A DNA stretch of 64,000 bases, taken from the NCBI RefSeq assembly GCF_009914755.1, contig NC_060937.1; one strand, given 5' to 3'. Positions 10,879-23,000 of the stretch are shown piece after piece. Origin of the DNA: the human T2T-CHM13v2.0 reference genome, Homo sapiens. The position numbers and the translations under genes were made by a program. Position 1 is the stretch's first letter. The number at the start of each line of letters is the position of its first letter. A model generated the notes under the pieces. That model did not search any database. It was not told the origin of the DNA and saw only the letters and a program-made list of their open reading frames with translations.

Positions 10879-13800
10879 AGTGCTTCTGTCTAGATTTTAG
10901 ATGATGATATTCCCGTTTCCAACGAAATCGTTAGAGCTATCCAAATATCCACTTACAGTTTCTACAAAAAGAGTGTTTCCAAACTGCTGCATCAAAAGAA
11001 AGGTTCAACTCTGTTAGTTGAGGACACACATCACAAAGAAGTTTGTGAGAATGCTTCTGTCTAGATTTTGTATGACCATATTCCCTTTTCCAGCGATATC
11101 ATTAAAGCAATCTAAATATCCATTTGCAGAATCCACAAAAATAGAGTTTCAAAGCTGCTCTGTAAAAAGAAAGGTTCCACTCTGTTAGCTGAGTACACAC
11201 ATCACAAACTTGTTTCTGAGAATCCTTCTGTCTCGTTTTTATGGGAAGATATTTACTTTTTCACCGTAGGCATCAAAGCGCTCCAAATGTCCACATCCAG
11301 ATACTCCAGAAAGAGTGTTTCAAACCTGCTCTATGAAAGGGAATCTTCAACTCTATGAGTTGAATGCAGACATCAGAAAGAAATTTCTGAGAATGCTGCT
11401 GTCTACCTTTTATTTGAATTCCCGCTTCCAACGAAATCCTCCAAGCTATCCAAATATCCACCTGCATTTTCCACAAAAAGAGCGTTTCAAAACTGCTCTA
11501 TCAATAGAAATGTTCAACTCCTTTGGCTGGGTACACACATCACAAACAAGTTTCTGAGAATGCTTCTGTCTAGTTTTTATGGGAAGACATTCCCTTTTTC
11601 ACCAAAGGCATCAAAGCGCTCCAAATGTCCACTTCCAGACACTACAAAAAGAGTGTTTCCAACGTGCTCTAAGAAAGCGAATGTTCAACTCTGTGACTTG
11701 AATGCAGATATCACAAAGTAGTTTCTGAGAGGGCTTCTGTCTAGATTTTAGATGATGATATTCCCGTTTCCAACGAAATCATTAGAGCTATCCAAATATC
11801 CACTTACAGTTTCTACAAAAAGAGTGTTTCCAAACTGCTGCATCAAAAGAGAGGTTCCACTCTGTTAGCTGAGTACACACATCACAAACTTGTTTCTCAG
11901 AATCCTTCTGTCTCGTTTTTCTGGGAAGATATTTACTTTTTCACCGTAGGCATCAAAGCGCTCCAAATGTCCACATCCAGATACTCCAGAAAGAGTGTTT
12001 CAAACCTGCTCTATGAAAGGGAATCTTCAACTCTATGAGTTGAATGCAGACATCAGAAAGAAATTTCTGAGAATGCTGCTGTCTACCTTTTATTTGAATT
12101 CCCGCTTCCAACGAAATCCTCCAAGCTATCCAAATATCCACTTGCAGATTCCACAAAAAGAGTGTTTCAAAACTGCTCTCTATCAATGGCAAAGTTCAAC
12201 TCTGTTAGTTGAGGACACATATCACCAACAAGTTTCTGAGAATGCTTCTGTCTATTTTTTATGGGAAGATATTTCCTTTTTCACCGTAGGCGTCAAGGCG
12301 ATCGAAATGTCCACTTCCACAAACTACAAAAAGAGTGTTTCAAACCTGCTCTATGAAAGGCCATGTTCATCTCTATGAGTCGAATGGAAATATCCGAAAG
12401 AAATTTCTGGGAATGCTGCTGTCTAGTTTTTATACGAATTCCCGCTTCCAACGAAATCCTCAAAGCAATCCAAATATCCACTTGCAGAATCCACAAAAAG
12501 AGTGTTTCAAAACTGCTCTATCAATAGAAAGGTTCAACTCTTTTAGTTGAGTACACACATCACAAACAAGTTTCTGAGAATGCTTCTGTCTGGCTTTTAT
12601 TGGAAGACGTTTCCTTTTCACCAAAGGCATCAAAGCGCTCCAAATGTCCACTTCCAGATTCTTCCAAAAGAGTGTTTGAAACGTGCTCAAAGTAAGGGAA
12701 TGTTCAACTCTGTGACTTGAATGCAGATATCACCAAGTAGTTTCTAATAGTGCTTCTGTCTAGATTTTAGATGATGATATTCCCGTTTCCAACGAAATCG
12801 TTAGAGCTATCCAAATATCCACTTACAGTTGCTACAAAAACAGTGTTTCCAAACTGCTGCATCAAAAGAAAGGTTCAACTCTGTTAGTTGAGGACACACG
12901 TCACAAAGAAGTTTGTGAGAATGCTTCTGTCTAGATTTTGTATGACGATATTCCCTTTTCCAACGATATCGTTAAAGCAATCTAAATATCCATTTGCAGA
13001 ATCCACAAAAATAGAGTTTCAAAGCTGCTCTGTAAAAAGAAAGGTTCCACTCTGTTAGCTGAGTACACACATCACAAACTTGTTTCTCAGAATCCTTCTG
13101 TCTCGTTTTTCTGGGAAGATATTTACTTTTTCACCGTAGGCATCAAAGCGCTCCAAATGTCCACATCCAGATACTCCAGAAAGAGTGTTTCAAACCTGCT
13201 CTATGAAAGGGAATCTTCAACTCTATGAGTTGAATGCAGACATCAGAAAGAAATTTCTGAGAATGCTGCTGTCTACCTTTTATTTGAATTCCCGCTTCCA
13301 ACGAAATCCTCCAAGCTATCCAAATATCCACTTGCAGATTCCACAAAAAGAGTGTTTCAAAACTGCTCTCTATCAATGGCAAAGTTCAACTCTGTTAGTT
13401 GAGGACACATATCACCAACAAGTTTCTGAGAATGCTTCTGTCTATTTTTTATGGGAAGATATTTCCTTTTTCACCGTAGGCGTCAAGGCGATCGAAATGT
13501 CCACTTCCACAAACTACAAAAAGAGTGTTTCAAACCTGCTCTATGAAAGGCCATGTTCATCTCTATGAGTCGAATGGAAATATCCGAAAGAAATTTCTGG
13601 GAATGCTGCTGTCTAGTTTTTATACGAATTCCCGCTTCCAACGAAATCCTCAAAGCAATCCAAATATCCACTTGCAGAATCCACAAAAAGAGTGTTTCAA
13701 AACTGCTCTATCAATAGAAAGGTTCAACTCTTTTAGTTGAGTACACACATCACAAACAAGTTTCTGAGAATGCTTCTGTCTGGCTTTTATTGGAAGACGT

Positions 13801-16800
13801 TTCCTTTTCACCAAAGGCATCAAAGCGCTCCAAATGTCCACTTCCAGATTCTTCCAAAAGAGTGTTTGAAACGTGCTCAAAGTAAGGGAATGTTCAACTC
13901 TGTGACTTGAATGCAGATATCACCAAGTAGTTTCTAATAGTGCTTCTGTCTAGATTTTAGATGATGATATTCCCGTTTCCAACGAAATCGTTAGAGCTAT
14001 CCAAATATCCACTTACAGTTTCTACAAAAAGAGTGTTTCCAAACTGCTGCATCAAAAGAAAGGTTCAACTCTGTTAGTTGAGGACACACATCACAAAGAA
14101 GTTTGTGAGAATGCTTCTGTCTAGATTTTGTATGACCATATTCCCTTTTCCAGCGATATCATTAAAGCAATCTAAATATCCATTTGCAGAATCCACAAAA
14201 ATAGAGTTTCAAAGCTGCTCTGTAAAAAGAAAGGTTCCACTCTGTTAGCTGAGTACACACATCACAAACTTGTTTCTCAGAATCCTTCTGTCTCGTTTTT
14301 CTGGGAAGATATTTACTTTTTCACCGTAGGCATCAAAGCGCTCCAAATGTCCACATCCAGATACTCCAGAAAGAGTGTTTCAAACCTGCTCTATGAAAGG
14401 GAATCTTCAACTCTATGAGTTGAATGCAGACATCAGAAAGAAATTTCTGAGAATGCTGCTGTCTACCTTTTATTTGAATTCCCGCTTCCAACGAAATCCT
14501 CCAAGCTATCCAAATATCCACCTGCATTTTCCACAAAAAGAGCGTTTCAAAACTGCTCTATCAATAGAAATGTTCAACTCCTTTGGCTGGGTACACACAT
14601 CACAAACAAGTTTCTGAGAATGCTTCTGTCTAGTTTTTATGGGAAGACATTCCCTTTTTCACCAAAGGCATCAAAGCGCTCCAAATGTCCACTTCCAGAC
14701 ACTACAAAAAGAGTGTTTCCAACGTGCTCTAAGAAAGCGAATGTTCAACTCTGTGACTTGAATGCAGATATCACAAAGTAGTTTCTGAGAGGGCTTCTGT
14801 CTAGATTTTAGATGATGATATTCCCGTTTCCAACGAAATCATTAGAGCTATCCAAATATCCACTTACAGTTTCTACAAAAAGAGTGTTTCCAAACTGCTG
14901 CATCAAAAGAGAGGTTCCACTCTGTTAGCTGAGTACACACATCACAAACTTGTTTCTCAGAATCCTTCTGTCTCGTTTTTCTGGGAAGATATTTACTTTT
15001 TCACCGTAGGCATCAAAGCGCTCCAAATGTCCACATCCAGATACTCCAGAAAGAGTGTTTCAAACCTGCTCTATGAAAGGGAATCTTCAACTCTATGAGT
15101 TGAATGCAGACATCAGAAAGAAATTTCTGAGAATGCTGCTGTCTACCTTTTATTTGAATTCCCGCTTCCAACGAAATCCTCCAAGCTATCCAAATATCCA
15201 CTTGCAGATTCCACAAAAAGAGTGTTTCAAAACTGCTCTCTATCAATGGCAAAGTTCAACTCTGTTAGTTGAGGACACATATCACCAACAAGTTTCTGAG
15301 AATGCTTCTGTCTATTTTTTATGGGAAGATATTTCCTTTTTCACCGTAGGCGTCAAGGCGATCGAAATGTCCACTTCCACAAACTACAAAAAGAGTGTTT
15401 CAAACCTGCTCTATGAAAGGCCATGTTCATCTCTATGAGTCGAATGGAAATATCCGAAAGAAATTTCTGGGAATGCTGCTGTCTAGTTTTTATACGAATT
15501 CCCGCTTCCAACGAAATCCTCAAAGCAATCCAAATATCCACTTGCAGAATCCACAAAAAGAGTGTTTCAAAACTGCTCTATCAATAGAAAGGTTCAACTC
15601 TTTTAGTTGAGTACACACATCACAAACAAGTTTCTGAGAATGCTTCTGTCTGGCTTTTATTGGAAGACGTTTCCTTTTCACCAAAGGCATCAAAGCGCTC
15701 CAAATGTCCACTTCCAGATTCTTCCAAAAGAGTGTTTGAAACGTGCTCAAAGTAAGGGAATGTTCAACTCTGTGACTTGAATGCAGATATCACCAAGTAG
15801 TTTCTAATAGTGCTTCTGTCTAGATTTTAGATGATGATATTCCCGTTTCCAACGAAATCGTTAGAGCTATCCAAATATCCACTTACAGTTTCTACAAAAA
15901 GAGTGTTTCCAAACTGCTGCATCAAAAGAAAGGTTCAACTCTGTTAGTTGAGGACACACATCACAAAGAAGTTTGTGAGAATGCTTCTGTCTAGATTTTG
16001 TATGACCATATTCCCTTTTCCAGCGATATCATTAAAGCAATCTAAATATCCATTTGCAGAATCCACAAAAATAGAGTTTCAAAGCTGCTCTGTAAAAAGA
16101 AAGGTTCCACTCTGTTAGCTGAGTACACACATCACAAACTTGTTTCTGAGAATCCTTCTGTCTCGTTTTTATGGGAAGATATTTACTTTTTCACCGTAGG
16201 CATCAAAGCGCTCCAAATGTCCACATCCAGATACTCCAGAAAGAGTGTTTCAAACCTGCTCTATGAAAGGGAATCTTCAACTCTATGAGTTGAATGCAGA
16301 CATCAGAAAGAAATTTCTGAGAATGCTGCTGTCTACCTTTTATTTGAATTCCCGCTTCCAACGAAATCCTCCAAGCTATCCAAATATCCACCTGCATTTT
16401 CCACAAAAAGAGCGTTTCAAAACTGCTCTATCAATAGAAATGTTCAACTCCTTTGGCTGGGTACACACATCACAAACAAGTTTCTGAGAATGCTTCTGTC
16501 TAGTTTTTATGGGAAGACATTCCCTTTTTCACCAAAGGCATCAAAGCGCTCCAAATGTCCACTTCCAGACACTACAAAAAGAGTGTTTCCAACGTGCTCT
16601 AAGAAAGCGAATGTTCAACTCTGTGACTTGAATGCAGATATCACAAAGTAGTTTCTGAGAGGGCTTCTGTCTAGATTTTAGATGATGATATTCCCGTTTC
16701 CAACGAAATCATTAGAGCTATCCAAATATCCACTTACAGTTTCTACAAAAAGAGTGTTTCCAAACTGCTGCATCAAAAGAGAGGTTCCACTCTGTTAGCT

Positions 16801-19800
16801 GAGTACACACATCACAAACTTGTTTCTCAGAATCCTTCTGTCTCGTTTTTCTGGGAAGATATTTACTTTTTCATCGTAGGCATCAAAGCGCTCCAAATGT
16901 CCACATCCAGATACTCCAGAAAGAGTGTTTCAAACCTGCTCTATGAAAGGGAATCTTCAACTCTATGAGTTGAATGCAGACATCAGAAAGAAATTTCTGA
17001 GAATGCTGCTGTCTACCTTTTATTTGAATTCCCGCTTCCAACGAAATCCTCCAAGCTATCCAAATATCCACTTGCAGATTCCACAAAAAGAGTGTTTCAA
17101 AACTGCTCTCTATCAATGGCAAAGTTCAACTCTGTTAGTTGAGGACACATATCACCAACAAGTTTCTGAGAATGCTTCTGTCTATTTTTTATGGGAAGAT
17201 ATTTCCTTTTTCACCGTAGGCGTCAAGGCGATCGAAATGTCCACTTCCACAAACTACAAAAAGAGTGTTTCAAACCTGCTCTATGAAAGGCCATGTTCAT
17301 CTCTATGAGTCGAATGGAAATATCTGAAAGAAATTTCTGGGAATGCTGCTGTCTAGTTTTTATACGAATTCCCGCTTCCAACGAAATCCTCAAAGCAATC
17401 CAAATATCCACTTGCAGAATCCACAAAAAGAGTGTTTCAAAACTGCTCTATCAATAGAAAGGTTCAACTCTTTTAGTTGAGTACACACATCACAAACAAG
17501 TTTCTGAGAATGCTTCTGTCTGGCTTTTATTGGAAGACGTTTCCTTTTCACCAAAGGCATCAAAGCGCTCCAAATGTCCACTTCCAGATTCTTCCAAAAG
17601 AGTGTTTGAAACGTGCTCAAAGTAAGGGAATGTTCAACTCTGTGACTTGAATGCAGATATCACCAAGTAGTTTCTAATAGTGCTTCTGTCTAGATTTTAG
17701 ATGATGATATTCCCGTTTCCAACGAAATCGTTAGAGCTATCCAAATATCCACTTACAGTTGCTACAAAAACAGTGTTTCCAAACTGCTGCATCAAAAGAA
17801 AGGTTCAACTCTGTTAGTTGAGGACACACGTCACAAAGAAGTTTGTGAGAATGCTTCTGTCTAGATTTTGTATGACGATATTCCCTTTTCCAGCGATATC
17901 ATTAAAGCAATCTAAATATCCATTTGCAGAATCCACAAAAATAGAGTTTCAAAGCTGCTCTGTAAAAAGAAAGGTTCCACTCTGTTAGCTGAGTACACAC
18001 ATCACAAACTTGTTCCTCAGAATCCTTCTGTCTCGTTTTTATGGGAAGATATTTACTTTTTCACCGTAGGCATCAAAGCGCTCCAAATGTCCACATCCAG
18101 ATACTCCAGAAAGAGTGTTTCAAACCTGCTCTATGAAAGGGAATCTTCAACTCTATGAGTTGAATGCAGACATCAGAAAGAAATTTCTGAGAATGCTGCT
18201 GTCTACCTTTTATTTGAATTCCCGCTTCCAACGAAATCCTCCAAGCTATCCAAATATCCACTTGCAGATTCCACAAAAAGAGTGTTTCAAAACTGCTCTC
18301 TATCAATGGCAAAGTTCAACTCTGTTAGTTGAGGACACATATCACCAACAAGTTTCTGAGAATGCTTCTGTCTATTTTTTATGGGAAGATATTTCCTTTT
18401 TCACCGTAGGCGTCAAGGCGATCGAAATGTCCACTTCCACAAACTACAAAAAGAGTGTTTCAAACCTGCTCTATGAAAGGCCATGTTCATCTCTATGAGT
18501 CGAATGGAAATATCCGAAAGAAATTTCTGGGAATGCTGCTGTCTAGTTTTTATACGAATTCCCGCTTCCAACGAAATCCTCAAAGCAATCCAAATATCCA
18601 CTTGCAGAATCCACAAAAAGAGTGTTTCAAAACTGCTCTATCAATAGAAAGGTTCAACTCTTTTAGTTGAGTACACACATCACAAACAAGTTTCTGAGAA
18701 TGCTTCTGTCTGGCTTTTATTGGAAGACGTTTCCTTTTCACCAAAGGCATCAAAGCGCTCCAAATGTCCACTTCCAGATTCTTCCAAAAGAGTGTTTGAA
18801 ACGTGCTCAAAGTAAGGGAATGTTCAACTCTGTGACTTGAATGCAGATATCACCAAGTAGTTTCTAATAGTGCTTCTGTCTAGATTTTAGATGATGATAT
18901 TCCCGTTTCCAACGAAATCGTTAGAGCTATCCAAATATCCACTTACAGTTTCTACAAAAAGAGTGTTTCCAAACTGCTGCATCAAAAGAAAGGTTCAACT
19001 CTGTTAGTTGAGGACACACATCACAAAGAAGTTTGTGAGAATGCTTCTGTCTAGATTTTGTATGACCATATTCCCTTTTCCAGCGATATCATTAAAGCAA
19101 TCTAAATATCCATTTGCAGAATCCACAAAAATAGAGTTTCAAAGCTGCTCTGTAAAAAGAAAGGTTCCACTCTGTTAGCTGAGTACACACATCACAAACT
19201 TGTTTCTCAGAATCCTTCTGTCTCGTTTTTATGGGAAGATATTTACTTTTTCACCGTAGGCATCAAAGCGCTCCAAATGTCCACATCCAGATACTCCAGA
19301 AAGAGTGTTTCAAACCTGCTCTATGAAAGGGAATCTTCAACTCTATGAGTTGAATGCAGACATCAGAAAGAAATTTCTGAGAATGCTGCTGTCTACCTTT
19401 TATTTGAATTCCCGCTTCCAACGAAATCCTCCAAGCTATCCAAATATCCACTTGCAGATTCCACAAAAAGAGTGTTTCAAAACTGCTCTCTATCAATGGC
19501 AAAGTTCAACTCTGTTAGTTGAGGACACATATCACCAACAAGTTTCTGAGAATGCTTCTGTCTATTTTTTATGGGAAGATATTTCCTTTTTCACCGTAGG
19601 CGTCAAGGCGATCGAAATGTCCACTTCCACAAACTACAAAAAGAGTGTTTCAAACCTGCTCTATGAAAGGCCATGTTCATCTCTATGAGTCGAATGGAAA
19701 TATCCGAAAGAAATTTCTGGGAATGCTGCTGTCTAGTTTTTATACGAATTCCCGCTTCCAACGAAATCCTCAAAGCAATCCAAATATCCACTTGCAGAAT

Positions 19801-20058
19801 CCACAAAAAGAGTGTTTCAAAACTGCTCTATCAATAGAAAGGTTCAACTCTTTTAGTTGAGTACACACATCACAAACAAGTTTCTGAGAATGCTTCTGTC
19901 TGGCTTTTATTGGAAGACGTTTCCTTTTCACCAAAGGCATCAAAGCGCTCCAAATGTCCACTTCCAGATTCTTCCAAAAGAGTGTTTGAAACGTGCTCAA
20001 AGTAAGGGAATGTTCAACTCTGTGACTTGAATGCAGATATCACCAAGTAGTTTCTAAT
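10879..20058 (-). repeat. Mixed HORs: 11A (10879), 7 (12749), 11A (13939), 11A (15809), 7 (17679), 7 (18869)
   Basis: Unit-start spacing, ORF-track periodicity and diagnostic SNVs read in each unit. Confidence 0.93.
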
Positions 20059-23000
20059 AGTGCTTCTGTCTAGATTTTAGATGATGATATTCCCGTTTCC
20101 AACGAAATCGTTAGAGCTATCCAAATATCCACTTACAGTTTCTACAAAAAGAGTGTTTCCAAACTGCTGCATCAAAAGAAAGGTTCAACTCTGTTAGTTG
20201 AGGACACACATCACAAAGAAGTTTGTGAGAATGCTTCTGTCTAGATTTTGTATGACCATATTCCCTTTTCCAGCGATATCATTAAAGCAATCTAAATATC
20301 CATTTGCAGAATCCACAAAAATAGAGTTTCAAAGCTGCTCTGTAAAAAGAAAGGTTCCACTCTGTTAGCTGAGTACACACATCACAAACTTGTTTCTCAG
20401 AATCCTTCTGTCTCGTTTTTCTGGGAAGATATTTACTTTTTCACCGTAGGCATCAAAGCGCTCCAAATGTCCACATCCAGATACTCCAGAAAGAGTGTTT
20501 CAAACCTGCTCTATGAAAGGGAATCTTCAACTCTATGAGTTGAATGCAGACATCAGAAAGAAATTTCTGAGAATGCTGCTGTCTACCTTTTATTTGAACT
20601 CCCGCTTCCAACGAAATCCTCCAAGCTATCCAAATATCCACTTGCATTTTCCACAAAAAGAGTGCTTCAAAACTGCTCTATCAATAAATGTTCAACTCCT
20701 TTAGCTGGGTGCACACATCACAAACAAGTTTCTGAGAATGCTTCTGTCTAGTTTTTATGGGAAGACATTCCCTTTTTCACCAAAGGCATCAAAGCGCTCC
20801 AAATGTCCACTTCCAGACACTACAAAAAGAGTGTTTCCAACGTGCTCTAAGAAAGCGAATGTTCAACTCTGTGACTTGAATGCAGATATCACAAAGTAGT
20901 TTCTGAGAGGGCTTCTGTCTAGATTTTAGATGATGATATTCCCGTTTCCAACGAAATCATTAGAGCTATCCAAATATCCACTTACAGTTTCTACAAAAAG
21001 AGTGTTTCCAAACTGCTGCATCAAAAGAGAGGTTCCACTCTGTTAGCTGAGTACACACATCACAAACTTGTTTCTGAGAATCCTTCTGTGTCGTTTTTAT
21101 GGGAAGATATTTACTTTTTCACCGTAGGCATCAAAGCGCTCCAAATGTCCACATCCAGATACTCCAGAAAGAGTGTTTCAAACCTGCTCTATGAAAGGGA
21201 ATCTTCAACTCTATGAGTTGAATGCAGACATCAGAAAGAAATTTCTGAGAATGCTGCTGTCTACCTTTTATTTGAATTCCCGCTTCCAACGAAATCCTCC
21301 AAGCTATCCAAATATCCACTTGCAGATTCCACAAAAAGAGTGTTTCAAAACTGCTCTCTATCAATGGCAAAGTTCAACTCTGTTAGTTGAGGACACATAT
21401 CACCAACAAGTTTCTGAGAATGCTTCTGTCTATTTTTTATGGGAAGATATTTCCTTTTTCACCGTAGGCGTCAAGGCGATCGAAATGTCCACTTCCACAA
21501 ACTACAAAAAGAGTGTTTCAAACCTGCTCTATGAAAGGCCATGTTCATCTCTATGAGTCGAATGGAAATATCCGAAAGAAATTTCTGGGAATGCTGCTGT
21601 CTAGTTTTTATACGAATTCCCGCTTCCAACGAAATCCTCAAAGCAATCCAAATATCCACTTGCAGAATCCACAAAAAGAGTGTTTCAAAACTGCTCTATC
21701 AATAGAAAGGTTCAACTCTTTTAGTTGAGTACACACATCACAAACAAGTTTCTGAGAATGCTTCTGTCTGGCTTTTATTGGAAGACGTTTCCTTTTCACC
21801 AAAGGCATCAAAGCGCTCCAAATGTCCACTTCCAGATTCTTCCAAAAGAGTGTTTGAAACGTGCTCAAAGTAAGGGAATGTTCAACTCTGTGACTTGAAT
21901 GCAGATATCACCAAGTAGTTTCTAATAGTGCTTCTGTCTAGATTTTAGATGATGATATTCCCGTTTCCAACGAAATCGTTAGAGCTATCCAAATATCCAC
22001 TTACAGTTTCTACAAAAAGAGTGTTTCCAAACTGCTGCATCAAAAGAAAGGTTCAACTCTGTTAGTTGAGGACACACATCACAAAGAAGTTTGTGAGAAT
22101 GCTTCTGTCTAGATTTTGTATGACCATATTCCCTTTTCCAGCGATATCATTAAAGCAATCTAAATATCCATTTGCAGAATCCACAAAAATAGAGTTTCAA
22201 AGCTGCTCTGTAAAAAGAAAGGTTCCACTCTGTTAGCTGAGTACACACATCACAAACTTGTTTCTGAGAATCCTTCTGTCTCGTTTTTATGGGAAGATAT
22301 TTACTTTTTCACCGTAGGCATCAAAGCGCTCCAAATGTCCACATCCAGATACTCCAGAAAGAGTGTTTCAAACCTGCTCTATGAAAGGGAATCTTCAACT
22401 CTATGAGTTGAATGCAGACATCAGAAAGAAATTTCTGAGAATGCTGCTGTCTACCTTTTATTTGAACTCCCGCTTCCAACGAAATCCTCCAAGCTATCCA
22501 AATATCCACTTGCATTTTCCACAAAAAGAGTGCTTCAAAACTGCTCTATCAATAAATGTTCAACTCCTTTAGCTGGGTGCACACATCACAAACAAGTTTC
22601 TGAGAATGCTTCTGTCTAGTTTTTATGGGAAGACATTCCCTTTTTCACCAAAGGCATCAAAGCGCTCCAAATGTCCACTTCCAGACACTACAAAAAGAGT
22701 GTTTCCAACGTGCTCTAAGAAAGCGAATGTTCAACTCTGTGACTTGAATGCAGATATCACAAAGTAGTTTCTGAGAGGGCTTCTGTCTAGATTTTAGATG
22801 ATGATATTCCCGTTTCCAACGAAATCATTAGAGCTATCCAAATATCCACTTACAGTTTCTACAAAAAGAGTGTTTCCAAACTGCTGCATCAAAAGAGAGG
22901 TTCCACTCTGTTAGCTGAGTACACACATCACAAACTTGTTTCTGAGAATCCTTCTGTGTCGTTTTTATGGGAAGATATTTACTTTTTCACCGTAGGCATC

